NCBI GenBank assembly: GCA_030704615.1
Contig: CM060733.1
Location: 21,824,001-21,888,000 of the forward strand
Reading direction: 5' to 3'
DNA length: 64,000 bases
Origin: Takakia lepidozioides
Taxonomy: Eukaryota > Plantae > Bryophyta
The position numbers and the translations under genes were made by a program. Below the pieces are notes generated by a model, which saw only the letters and a list, made by a program, of their open reading frames with translations, was not told the origin of the DNA and ran no database searches. Below are positions 1-13,278 of the stretch, piece by piece (position 1 is the first letter of the stretch; the number at the start of each line of letters is the position of its first letter).

Positions 1-67
1 ATCCCTGTCTGTTGACCATGCTACAGCTTAAACTGCATTAGAAACAAGTTGTCAGAGTTGCACCCAC

Positions 68-3000
68 CTTCCTCTGCAACAGTGCCAACAACCACAGGAA
101 CCTCCTCACTGAATTCCGCAGCAACCTGCTCTTCTGAATCCACAGCAACTTCCTTGCCCAATTTCTTTTCAGCTGCATCCACATCCTCCTTCACATCTTC
201 CGTTGTCTCTGTGGCCAGGTCTTGGTGGTTCAACTCCTGGCCTTCTTTGGTATGCAAATGTTGTTGTTCTTCTGCCTCTTGTACAGGTCTTGAAGGACTC
301 GCAGTAGCATTTGCATCAGCATTACCTGAACCAGTGCAGCATCCATACAGTGAGCAGAAGAATGGTGGTCCTGGAATTGGACCACTAAGACTTTACCCTC
401 CCTAAACAAGCAACAAGTCTCGTCACAAATGGACTGAGATAAATGTGAAGAGACACATGGAAGTGTGTTAAGCAACAATTGAGAACAAAACATCCACTAC
501 ATCACTAATACCAGGGCCCTACTTAGCATGGCACAAGATTCACAATCATTTCAGTCTGGGTTGAGCCCCACATGCAGCATTTCACAGGGCAAGCACTACT
601 GCTGTAACCAAACATCTGATAAAGCTGTCGCATAATGGAAGTACCAAATTATGAGTGGTTTAAACAGCAATTTTGTGCACTACAGCAAGGCAATTAACAG
701 CAATTTACCCAGTTAGAGCATATGGATAACCACCAACCGACCTGTGTCAGGTACTATGCTTGCTATAGCAGCTTGCTCATTGGACACTTCTTGTGCTTCA
801 GGCTGAACTCCTTGTGTTTGTTGTTCCTCCACAAGAAGCTCCTCCTCTGGCCTAGGGGTTTGAGGAACTGCCTCATTCTCGGGGGTTATGTCGTGTACAG
901 GTGCAGCAGCCGGCAGATCTGCTTCACCTTTGACCAATACTCGCTCATATAGTTCTCGCAATTCCATACATAAACCTGAAAATAACAATGTGGGATCAGC
1001 AAACATATTTATTCACTTCTTACTTGCACAGGGAATTCTTCTGTCCCAGTTGCCACAGTTTGCTACGTAGTTTGTCTCAGATCAAGTTGACCCTGGTTAA
1101 TGATAAGCCACAGAATCTGGCCAGCTTGTAAACCATGTGTACAGATCCACCATGCGAGCACTTGGAAGGCTAACATACCAAATCTTCTTTCCCCATTTTT
1201 CAATTTAAGCAAGGTCTAATAAAGAAAATCAGGCATACATGGGTAAATACCCCACTTGGTTAAGCCTGACATGCTGTGATTATAAAAACGAGAACACTTA
1301 TCCAGCAGCATCAAGGTAGGTTTGAAACTGCATATTTTTCCACTATAAAACTGAAGCCTGTAGAAATGTGTAGCCTTTCATATATTACCAATAACATGTG
1401 GCACCATAACTGGGAGATGGGTTCATATTAAGAAGTGGGTGCCAGGACTTCCTGGTTCAGAGTACCAAAAATAAAACTTCTTACAAGTTATAGATCTGGC
1501 TAGATTACAGCACAGTTAGATTAATCCTGCCTACAACAAATGTACCAACTAACAAAACACAATGCTGGAGGCCCACAACTGAAGGTCCAGACAAATACCA
1601 GGGACGGAAGGCTCGCCGAATATCTGGTAACCAAGAGACTGTTTCTGCACCATCCAGAGCTCATGGCGGGTGCAAGGTGCCTTCTTGCGAACACGGCGGA
1701 TGTCAGCTGTGTTGGCCAACTGTTCCCTCATCACACTACATCCACCACTACCTTTGTCAGCAACATGGATCCTACTGAACAAAATGTGAATTCCCATGGG
1801 AACTACAAAGACTGCTCTTCGATAAGGGTTGCTGTTATTGCCATTAACTAAACTACGGTTGAATCCACACATTCATTGTTGCACTTCCTGCAAATGTTGA
1901 ACAAGGCAGTGAGTATAGGGGTGTACCTGACATCTTTGTTATACGCAGGTATGCATGGCAGGAGAGAAACACTCATGGTGGGCCAAAGAAAGGAAGTGGG
2001 GAATAAAGTACATGGGACAGAGATTTTCTCTGACTTCCTCAAAGGTCTTAGCTAGACGCTCACCTCGCAGTTCACGAGAGAAAAAGAGAAAGAAAGAAAC
2101 TCGATAACCATATCGGGGCCCTGAGGTGGACGAAGAAGAACAAACAAACAAACAAGGGGTAATGAGGATTGCTAGCCATTGGAGGTGGAATGTACAGACA
2201 CATCATACAGACAGATTTTATCACCCTAGACATAGAAATCAGGACTTAGAACTCACTCTCCATGCAGCACCATTACACTGTCAATAACTGCCTTCCTCTT
2301 CCTCGGTATCGGCTTGGGGCCTCGTCTCTTCTTTTGAGGAGGTCCTTCCTCAGTGGGAGTTGGCATAACTCTGATAGCAGGTGTCACCCTCCCTCCTGAC
2401 ATCCCCACCATCTCTATTACCAATTACCACCTCTCATCACATACACCAACAAGGGACCTGACTCTCTCAATTTCGAGCTGCATCCATACCCTGGTCATGG
2501 GAACCCAGCAACTGGCTCTGAAGGGTTATCATATAAGGAGACAGTGTTCAGGGTCTGTAATGGCCACTGCTTCTACTGCTACATACTCAATATAGCATCA
2601 ACCCTTGACTCATTCACCAGGGTGCGAATAAACCAAGGCAGTTAAGAGTGATGGAGATGACTGCCCAAAAAGGAGCACAGTACACATAAAAGATTGATTC
2701 AGTGCAAAATGAGAACCCCTTGCATGCAATGAAAAGAAGTTCCAGGATGTCAAGGGCATAAGAAGAAGAACTACAAAAGCAGATTGAGCGGGAGAAGAGA
2801 CCGTTATATTGACAAAGAATTGCCTTCAGGCCATTCATGCAGGTAGAGACACACCTAACAAAGTGGCCAAGACATCATCGTCAGCAGGGAGGTCATCTTC
2901 CATGGTAGGGGCCTTTGGGGGGGATGTGAGTACAAGGGGGCTGATGGTTTCATGTTGCATTTCCTCCATAATCTGCTCCTTCTCTTCCACCATTTGTTCT

Positions 3001-6000
3001 TTGTCCTCCATCAAATGATCCTCCCCTTCCTTTGCTTCTTCTACCCTGTTGCAGGATGTAAACAGATGGAAGACCCTTATGAAAAGTGTCTTCAAGGGCA
3101 CACAACCCTGTTTTCACTCTAGTCTTGAACCTTCCCCATGTACAATGAAGACACTTCTACCAGTTCGTACCAAAACTTCAAGTGAGAGTTTCTGAGAGAG
3201 AGACCAGTTGCAAGGGCACTTAGCCACACTGTAGGTCTTGGGGGGTCTCCACATAAAATCAATAGTCAAGAAACTCACTGCAAGGGCGATTCCCCTGCTT
3301 CAAACTGTATGCGAGTGGTATTACAGCTTTCTGTGATAAAAAAAATTTGCAATGACTTTACCGGGCTTGAACGTCCTTCCCCACATCCTCATCTGCCATC
3401 ACCGCTTCCTTTTCAAGTGCAAATACATCAGGCTCCTGCCCAGCTGGCGGCTCCACTGCTGATCGCACTTTCTCATACTCGGGAACTTCATCCTGATCAA
3501 ATTCAAAAGGTGGTACTGGCATCAAGGGCTTTGGTTGATCAGCAGCTCCAACAGTGGTAACCACCTCATCAGGGACTTCGACAAGGGCCTCCAACTGCTC
3601 CACCAAATCTGCACATGGCTCTACTTGCTCTGGCACACCTGTGATGGGCTCCATTTGATCGGGTTCTTTTGGCTGCTCAACCTGCTCCACCACATCTGTG
3701 CATGGCTCTGACAGAGGAAGAGCTTCTGTGATAGGAACTTCTGTTAGTGGCTCCAGTTGATCAGGTTCTTCCGGTTGCTTGGCCTCTGGCACAACATCTG
3801 CTTCATCTACCTCCATCTGCTCAAGGGGGGGAGCAGGTGTCATCGGTTCCAGGTGAGGTTCTTCCAGGTGAGGTTCTTCCATGTCCAGGCCAGCCATCTG
3901 ATCCATCCGGTCATAGTCAATTGTCTTGTCCTCCCCCATTGGTGGCAGCACACTGCATCCATCCAGAGCTCCAGTCACCTCCAACTTTGATAATTTACGT
4001 CTTACAAACTCAATAGAGGTTTTGCATGCCCTTACAACAGAGGTCTCAAGAACCCGTAACTTTACATCACCACACACCGGTTTATATAGGGGTGACTTTG
4101 AAAGCAACCAAAGCACACCTCTAGTAATGGCAAGAAATAGGCGACTGAGGACAATAAGAGCTGAAATGTCCAAGCTAGGATCAAACTCGAGAAAACAGGG
4201 TGTTAGAAACATCCAACAGCAGTTGCAAAAGGATGTAAAAGAGTTGAAGTTCAATCATACAGGGACAGACGCTATCTGGCAACAGAGGTTAGCTCAAGAG
4301 CACATTGTAGAGTGGAGAGGTGAGGCGTACTCTTCTTCTAAAGTGATTGCTGCAGGGCTTGGCGCCCGACTTTCTGGCTTTTCCAGTAGATCCTGCAGAA
4401 TCGATCACAGAGTGCACCAGACTTAGGTGAGTCACTGTGATCCAAGAACAACATAAAAAAAGTACACGGATAGTGTTGTCCTATGGCCAATTGGTAGACC
4501 CACTCACCTGACAGTTTTGCTATCTATCGCTACAAATCATACACATGAGCTTTTTTCAAGCTGTATGCTTCCGTCTTCCATGTCTCTAACAGACGTGGGA
4601 TTTGATAGACATGGATGTAGGTCTGCCAGTTTTGGCACAGTTCAAAGCTTGTGAAAATTACTTTGCAAAACTAGCAGAACTAGCAATTGAGACAGAGATG
4701 ATTAAACAAAATGCTTTGTGAAACCTAATGTGGACGGCTAATTGAGTGATCTTGATAACTCTTATGAGACTTGCTGTGGAGATTCCATGTAATCAGTCAC
4801 ATTGCTGCTCATCATACCATTGCTCAGTTAACAATGCTGGAGACAGGGAGTTGAAAGTATATTGAGCTGCATCCAAGTGACTAGAATGAAAACTTGAGAG
4901 CACAAGGACCCACCTCATCGAAGTCAATGCTCATGCGTGACGCATCACCGTCAGCAAATCTCTCTGCACATGCATCCAGTGCCGATTTCACCATTAAAAA
5001 AGTGCGATGTACTTACTTTCATCAAACCAATGCAACTTACCCTTCTTGAACAAATCGCCTTGTGACAACACGCTATGACGAGCAAAGTATATGAGAGCAG
5101 CATCTTCAATCTCTCTCCCCCATATGCACAGACTCAAAAGATGACTAAGAACTCAATATACACTAAGAAATTTACAAGTTCAATGCCAAGCATTCACCTT
5201 CTCTAGCTTGTACAAGGAGGGGGCGGTCCTTTATTAAATTGACTTCAAATGGATTCAAACCATATCAAGACTCCAATCAATAAATAATTACCGTCAAGAC
5301 TGAATTGAGAACCAAAATAAATATTGTCCTCCAAGGGATCTTGAAGTGTGATCTGCTCCCGGGTTGTAACATGATGATCCACAGCTCTGCCATGTACAAT
5401 ACCACATAGTGAAGGGCATCAAGAACAGGAATTTATAGACAAGCATATGCCTAGAGGCTCCATATGGAAAAAAATGATGTCTTTCAAACAGCTGCTTACT
5501 TCAATGTTCCTTTGTGAAGAAAGCCTCAGCACTGAGGGCATTAAAGACATTGAGCTCAAAAGTTGCACACTATATTTCTTAAATCCGCCTTGGGAGAAGT
5601 TTTAGCATTATTATGGAGGCAGTCTGGAGTAGAAATCACTCCTCATCTGTTCTTCTTAGTCTACAATGAGACTGACATAACTTTTGCATGGTATTATGCC
5701 ACTAAGGACATAAACTACTTTCTTGGAAAACTACCCTCTGGCAGGTATTCCACAGAGAGGGATGACTCCCACAGTATTTGGTGAAAAAGTCTGAAAATCA
5801 CAGAAAATGGCCACAGGCTTCCTAGTAAACAGGTGGGAAGGAACGCGTGTACCAAAAATTCTTGCGAAGGTACGGGGTATCAAAATAAAAATATGGATGC
5901 GTTGACTGCAACTTCCAAAGAAACAGGAAAGGGGGGTGGGGTTGCTGAGGGTCAGTAAGGTACCCATTAGACAGAAGCAACGCAATTTCTCTATCCGGGA

Positions 6001-6776
6001 GGGGTTCCAACTCATCAAGATCAAAGTTCTCTGGAAGAGTAATGGCGTGAAAAGGGGCAGTCGCAGCCTCTGGGGGCAGATCAACAACCCCTGAATGGAA
6101 GGCCTGCTTGATTTTGGTAAGTGCCTCACTGCAGTCGTGGAACAGATAGTTCACTTTTCGCGAATAGATTCGCACCACGCCTAGCAACAGATGGCCCGAC
6201 AGTCTCAACGCAATGGGTGCCTCCGGAAACAGAATAGAGTCTGCCATCCCCATCATTTCCTTTCAGCCAGCGACAAGAACTAAGCACATGTTTGTGAGCT
6301 CTCCCTCTCTCTCTCTCCCCCCACCTTCCAAAACGGCACACAAGGTTTATGCCTACAATGGTCACAGCCAGGAAAGTCTAACGACTACTTCATCTATTAC
6401 TCCGCTTCACTAGTGGAGGGAGCCTTCCGTGACAATAGTGGCCCCCATTCCGCTCCGTCCCCAGTGAACACCGTCCATGCGTCTACAGACACTAGGCACC
6501 GGCAAGCACAGTCTAATAAGCAACGTCCCTCTCCCACTGTTTCTCCATCCCCGGTCTTCACAGAAACGAGTTTCTATCAACAAGTGCTTCTAGGAACTCC
6601 CCACGATCAAACCCATCTTACAAATACCAGGTTTATACGAGAGAAGACCCACCAACAGAAACGCTGATATTGGTTTCAGTGACCTGGTTCTTCCGAAGCT
6701 TGCGCTCCAAGTGCGCAGCAATCCATATCGTCCCCAAAGGTCCTTTCTTTGCCAATATGAGCTGTGAGTAAAACAT
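68..6776 (-). CDS. RAD21: RAD21/SCC1 (SYN-type) cohesin alpha-kleisin, multi-exon, 3' end outside the window
   Basis: Manual splicing, all introns GT-AG: exons 6776-6653, 6240-5964, 5386-5292, 4963-4914, 4392-4331, 3952-3362, 3045-2855, 2395-2257, 1735-1599, 975-742, 325-68. The N-terminus [32 protein letters not shown]...[41 protein letters not shown] is the Rad21/Rec8 N-terminal domain. The central motif [36 protein letters not shown] is typical of plant RAD21. Confidence 0.95.
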
Positions 6777-7584
6777 CTTGATCCCGCCCGATTCTTCCTC
6801 CTCTCGCACACACTCAGATTCTTGTACTCAACCAACGAAACACCTGTAATTTAACACCGCACTCGGTCACTCCCGACTTGTACACCAAGTCAAGTATCTC
6901 TCTCGACAGATGCCTTCAACCTTCGCAGCCAGAGACCAAGATCCAAAACAGCATGAAATTGTTGGGAGGCCTTGGAGCCCAAAATTTCCGACTGCATCCT
7001 TCACTCGACCGCCCTCTTGGATTTCGCAGCCAACAAATTCAGGCTTTGTGTCCGACGCACGACAGTGAGCGAGACGAGCAATATCTCATCTTGCCTCGCC
7101 GCTTCCCAACATCCTCGTCTTTTTTACTCCCAACCCCAAAAGGCAACTATTAATCCCTATTACTCCCTCAATAATAAGACCCGATATTAAACTAGTAGCC
7201 CTGCCTGCCACGTCCACGTCAACCGCCACGTTCTCACTTCTCACTCTCTCCTCCTTTCATTTCTCCCTCCCTCTGTCCCTCCTCCCGACCGATGGACGCC
7301 GTCCACGATGGTGTGCACGGGAGACCTTCACCATGGTCTCAAGTCTAAACTGCTTGAGTTAGGCTAACACTGCTTTTCCCTTTGTTTGCTTTTTTTTTGT
7401 TTTTTCTGGTTAACAGGGAGATCTCTGGTTCAAACTTTATTCTGAAATATTTTTGGTGGGCATAGCCCTTACTTCTTTTTTCTTTTGTATAGGTAGTAGA
7501 TACACAAGGCCATTTGTTTTTCATTTTTTTTTAATAAACTGGGGACAGTGGCCCTGGAAGCTAAGTTTTTCATTCAAGTTAGGC

Positions 7585-7700
7585 ACCAACACTCAGTAGC
7601 TCAGTTGGATAGTGCACTGTGTGCTACCCAGATGATTCTGTGGTCAAACCCCGCTACCTCGACGGGTGTGGTATGTTCTTGCAGTTGTATGTAGCCTACT
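7585..7700 (+). mobile_element. tRNA-derived SINE, family A
   Basis: A-box TAGCTCAGTTGG and B-box-like GGTCAAACCC. Near-identical heads at ~15919, ~29567 and ~56665(-). No valid cloverleaf. Confidence 0.7.
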
Positions 7701-7724
7701 AGAGAGAGAGAGAGAGAGAGAGAG
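7701..7724. repeat. (AG)n microsatellite
   Basis: Direct reading. Confidence 0.95.
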
Positions 7725-8669
7725 CACCCACAGTTGACATAAATAATAACCTGCCCTTTGATTTATTTAAAAATACAAAAAAAAACAGAACCTTCTTCCG
7801 GGTACTGCTCCCTTTGGGGGATGGGCTCTAATAAGCCTACTAAGCAAATACAGGCTGTTCGTCACATGTACCATATGTTAGTTTACGGTTCAATGCACAA
7901 TAATATCAGACGGGGACGCCCAAGGCAGACGAAACCAGAGGAGATTGATCCCAGACTCACGAGCCTTTGCTTCTTTTTCGAAAAGGGAAACACAGGGAGC
8001 GACCTCTCACAAATCCAGCCCCCGTAATGACGGTGAGAGGAGAAAGTAACATCGACCATATTCCCGTTTTCTGAAGTACGCTATTGTGTGTTCACTCTCT
8101 CGCCGAGGGCAATAATAACCAATAACCCGTAACTAAGGCCATCCCCTGCCCGGGATGGGTTCCATTTGTAAGACCTCTGATGTGGAGGTGATTGTGCATA
8201 ATTTCTTCCAACAAAGGCATTATTAACCCTGTTCTGCTCTATTGAGATTTCTTTTAATTCCTGGGCCACTCTAGAATGAACAGGGCCCGAATGAAACTGC
8301 TCTACATATTATTTATATAGGACTTACTAGGGGACTGTAGTCGTGGAGCCCTAGGGGCAGACTTTGAAAATCCGAGAAACAGTGAAGTAGGAATTGTAAA
8401 GCACCGCTGGGAAATTCCCCTCGTCCTGCCCGGATTATGAAAATGCCCCAGCCGGAGGGCCCAGAATGGTTGGAGTCACAATGTCTATAATTAATCACAG
8501 GGGATTTCGAGCGGTTGCGTAACAATGGTGCCTCGTAATCTTGCCAACTTTTTTTTTTCTTTTTTTTAACAAAAGGGAAAGAAGCCCTGAATCTGGGCCT
8601 CAGTGCCACTAGAAAGAGTAAAAGTTGAAATGGCTAATAGGTAATAATAATCTAATACACCACGCCTAC

Positions 8670-8820
8670 AGAAGTAAGCGCAAAATATGGTGTCTCTTGA
8701 CCCCAAAGGGCTACTATCTTCGGAAGTGGTTGTGGGTTCAATCCACTGCTTGGTGTCACAATACTATTATCTATCACCACCAGAGAGTCGAGATGGGAGG
8801 GCCCATTACCATTGGGCGAG
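8670..8820. mobile_element. Rearranged fragments of SINE family B
   Basis: tatggtgtctcttgaccccaaagggctact and gtggttgtgggttcaatcc match the 41567-41735 element in opposite orientations. Confidence 0.5.
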
Positions 8821-9930
8821 AGCTTGATTGTGTGAAGTGGGCTACGTTATGTAATCTGGAATCGCTGGGCCAATGAGGATTCCAGCCTGGAAGGCTCTCC
8901 TCGAATTCCATCTCGGCCAGTATTCCATTTCAGCCGCAGGATCAAGTTACCACAAGACCAACATAACATCTGAACCGTCCAATTCTTACTCGAATTTCTG
9001 CCTGGAATTCCGGAAATCTTCCTGAACAATTATGTCCAGGAATCCCCAAGAGAATGCAAAGGAAACCCCACCTGAAATGGATAACAGACGAGGTATCCAG
9101 TCTGGGAGCGCCGAGTCATGGTGAAATACCGTACATAGCCGAGCTTTTCAGCGATGTTCATCCACATCGTCATCCAAAATTCATACCGTATGCACGGTGG
9201 CTGGCTACGGTGAGCTCAGACGCAATCAGGATTTGACACGTAGGCAGTTCGCGTCAAAGCTCACTTATGTTTGAAGTAAGGACTTCAAAACTTGAAGGAA
9301 GGTAGAGGGGTTCATGTCGTTGGTGTGCTGCTGAGGGCCAAGGTCTTAGGTCATAGGTCTTAGGTCCTTTGGGGGGATAGGAAGCCACGTGGCTAGTGCA
9401 GACTGCTTGATGGCAACGGTTTAGTCGGCCGGCGCTGCAGTCGCTGGTCCGTATATCTTTCAAAAGTTGTGCCACGTGTCAGTAACGAGCCGAGCGATGG
9501 ATGAGATGAACAAATGGTGGTCGTTGGAGGAAGAAGATGAAGATGGTGCGACAAAGACAGGTCTGAGGCATTGAAAGGTAGTTGAGAATTTGTTGAGCGA
9601 GTATCTTTGGCTATGGCTTCTCGCCTCATGGATGAGGCGTTTTTAGGTGTTTGGATGAATGACTATGTGACGAATGCAAAGCTGTCGCACGGATGATAGA
9701 AAGCAACACTGCAACGACACGAACATGCCCACTGACTATTTTTGGCAGCTCCAAAATACTTCATTAGACTAATCACCACGTGGTAGATGTGGATTTGATG
9801 GGCTCCTTTCCAATGTAATGTGGCAGATAGGATGAAACGTAGATGAATAATGTTATACATCCGCTGAGTCTCTGTCCATCCCCTCTCTGTGCAAGTGTGC
9901 GCATGAGGAGCATCGTATTTGTATTTACAA

Positions 9931-10015
9931 GAATGGGCACATACCGCCTCGGAAGTGGTTGTGGGTTCAATCCCACAAAGGTGTCCACCTTCCCGCCAGA
10001 CCAGAAGGTAGTTAG
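9931..10015 (+). mobile_element. SINE family B fragment
   Basis: aatgggcacatacc...gtggttgtgggttcaatcc...aaggtgtccacctt...gaaggtagt is collinear with the reverse complement of 41567-41735 and 53731-53818. Confidence 0.55.
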
Positions 10016-10857
10016 AAGGGCCAAGTCTTCCAGGATGGGATGAATGGTTGACAGTGCAGACAACGTTCATCTGGTTGGGTCCCGTTGCATTAAATGCTGG
10101 CTGCTCAGCTTTCATTACGTGAGATTTAAGTTGCTATACTTAAATCACGCATTCTGCGTGACTGTGTCCTCACAAGTCAACTGTGACCCACATCAATCCT
10201 CCTCCTTCTCTTCTCAAGCCGCCTAGCCTAGGCAAATTCAATCAAGAAAAACAAAATAACAATAAAATAATAAATAATAAATAATTGTTTTCCAATTTTG
10301 CAATTTTGAAAGGATGTGGCCAATATTTGGAGAGAATATTGCGAAAATATACATATAGCGAAAAGCTGAAGAGGTGTCGCTGATGGCTGGCATTCTTGGC
10401 ATGCTCACCGAGGTAAGGTATTGAGCGCTGAGTGGGTCCCGTCCCGTGCTGTCCCTGAACGTCACACTTGCAGTAAAAGTCAATTAACATGTGTAAAATA
10501 CTCGAAAATGTGACGTGGAACAGCAGATATGTACTGCAGTCATCCGAAGTATTTTGTTTTCGAATTTCCTTGTACGTAGGAAGGGAGGCAGAATATGGAA
10601 TAATAAGTTGGATGGTACGAGAAGAGTAGGGGGGGTTAGATAAATATAGGGAAAGGGGGAAGGGAGAGGCAAACGGTTATTCAAAAAGAGGCCGTTTTAA
10701 CGAACGCGGAGGCCATGGGACTCTGACTCGCGTGCAATTTGAAATTGGAGGCGCACCTCCCGCGCTTTTAAACTCTGGCTTGGGGCGGCCTGCGCCCGTT
10801 TGAACGTTTGAATGTTTGAACTTCGAACTTCAAACTTTCGCAGCCGCGCCTCCGCTG

Positions 10858-11029
10858 CTGTGTGTGTGTGTGTGTGGGGGAGAAGCAGGGCTGCAGGGTG
10901 AATTGGTGCTTGGGAGCGAGCCAGAGAGCTTGAAGGCGCGCAGGCGCGCAGGGGCGCTTGCTATGTGGGGCGGAGAAGCTTTGATTTCCACTCTCTCTCT
11001 CTCTCTCTCTCGCTCTCTCTCTCGCTCTC
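10858..11029. repeat. (TG)n and (CT)n microsatellites in a GC-rich, promoter/5'UTR-like segment
   Basis: (TG)n at ~10858-10876 and an interrupted (CT)n at ~10991-11029. Confidence 0.85.
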
Positions 11030-13278
11030 GTCCGTCTAAGATCAGTATAAGAAGCACGCATGAGCAGGAGAACTAGAGCCAGACATGGAGACGAAACTAC
11101 TGGTTGCTCTTCAAAACAGTTCTCCGCCTGATGTTCCAGCGATGGATTCGTCACTAGGTGTCTAACCGCTCTTCAATTAGCGCATACTGATGAGAGGGGA
11201 ACTTAAGTTGAAGATGGAGCCTGCGAAGTTGTGAGCCTTGTAGAGTGGTACAGGGATGGTAATGTATGTGCAAGGCGAGAAATTGATCTGGAATCAATTG
11301 TGTGTTTGCAGAGTGAAGGACCATTTCCTGAGTCAAGTGTCAAGTGACAACTCTTTATTTTGTATTACTGACGATTGCAGTATGAGTGACACAATATGCA
11401 TGCTTGCAAATGCAACTGCATGAACTTGATATAGGTTGCATCCACTAGGTCCTTCACTCAGTGCTTATCACTATAATTGCTGTTGTAGGGATCAGACATC
11501 AGACCCCATCTACTCTTCTGTTGGCAAGCCTTGGCAGTGAAGTCCTACTTACTTCTGGACTAGGCATTAGATCTCAGTGAACATTACATTGTGTGTAGGA
11601 TTCATAGATAGCCGTCTGCTTGCAGAAGAATGTTGTCATGTTATAAATGACCCTTTGTTCATGTCTTGGTTATCATTGCCATGTGGTGTCATTAGTCTGG
11701 ATGTGGTTCCTATCCTTCCTGGTCATTGCTGTCACATGACTGTTAATACCAATTTGAGAATCACTGTTACATGCCTGTTCGAGAGGTAGTGAGACTAGCC
11801 TGTACGTAATGGGTGAAGAAATGACAGTTAATGACAGACCTCATGCAAAGGGGGCGGTTTACTTCAATTTAGCCCATGTTGCATCCTATCAACCTTAAAT
11901 GATTGGGCTAATGTTGGACTGACAGAAGGACAAAGAATATCAACCTTTGGGCTTAGTTACGAGATGTGTTTCTAAGCAAAATGGGGATGTCATCAACATG
12001 CATGTACTAAGGCCCTCTTTTGTACACGGAGAAGTGCTTGTTGATTTGGCACTGAAAAGTGCTGCCTGCATTGCTCTAGCTTCTGAGTGTTAGGGGGTGG
12101 TTCTTGCTGGTAATTCAACACCTAGAAGCACCAATTGGGGAGCATACCCTTGTGGGTCGTCCGCTGTGAAGTATGAAGGGGAATATTGTCGTTTGGGCAA
12201 CTCCTACACCTGTTGCATACATGGCCAGTTCCTGAGTTCACGTTTGGACCATGAATGAATGAAGCTGTGACTCCCTCTCCCTCTCTGGGTCTGCTACCGT
12301 GCCCTACTGTAGTGTGATTCAACTCTCTCATGATTTCCATTGTCTGTCCAGATTTTCTGAATGTCACCTGTTCATGTCAATTTGCACTGAATTACACATA
12401 GCTTGGGGAGAAGGTTATTACGTGAGAGAAGACCTTTCGCTCCCATTCTTCTTGGTACTCCACCTGTTTTGCCATATCCTGGAGCTCCAGCTGCTGCCCA
12501 AGGCCTTTAATGAAAACAGATTCATGTCATGGGGGGTACGGGAGCACTGCCGGTTTGAATGTGCTCCTTAACCTGCATCCCCCTCACCATGCACTGTGAC
12601 TCCTGGATCTTGGTGCTTTCCTGCCAGTCAGCATTCCATCCTGGGGTTGTTCCCCTCTCTCTCCCCCTTTCTTAGGAGTACATTCTCTCCCTTTCTTAGT
12701 TCTGACCAAACTGGGCATGGGGTCTATGGCCACAACAGAAAACTAAGTCTTATGAGTACATTCTCTCTCCCTTTCTCTCTCAAGGGCCAGCCATTCCTGA
12801 GAGGCTGCACTTCAATGCGTGACAATTAAGGTATCCTCGACGCTTCCAAATGAGATCAGGTACATTCCATTTTTTAAGAGCAATGCTTCACAGGCACCTC
12901 TTGGGACTAACAGTTATCTTGAAGAGATTTATGCTCAGTAAAAGGAACTTAATATAGCTACAAGGTCATAGCCTGGATACACAAATGGATCTCATAACAA
13001 ATGATGCCCATTTGGTAGACTAATTTGCTTTCCCCTCTAGCTGGCTTCAAATTCGAGCGTGACATTGGTACAGAAGACAAGAGATAGATAAAGATGATGC
13101 TTGTGATGAATAACGGAAATGAAGAGATTTCCACGTAGAAAGAACAAAACAGGTTGCTGACATATACCCGCAATTTCCAATAACTCTTTGCAAGAATCAA
13201 GTTGCAATCATGAGGTGCTGCTCCGAAAGTCTCGTAAGAATCATAGCCAACGAGGGGACTGCACAATATAGCCCATAA

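Noticed and set aside
3953-4254. N-terminal part of the 298-aa ORF 3358-4254 as coding
   Set aside because: It lies in a RAD21 intron; the exon starts at the AG acceptor at 3953.
7594-7665. tRNA gene
   Set aside because: A/B boxes are present but there is no consistent acceptor or anticodon stem, and diverged dispersed copies share extended 3' sequence, so a SINE fits better.
8027-9660. LTR or solo LTR
   Set aside because: LTR-like composition and a TATA motif, but no TG...CA pair with a TSD could be identified.
12760-12795. miR477-like microRNA
   Set aside because: Only partial similarity (tctctctcaaggg) and no complementary star arm found.
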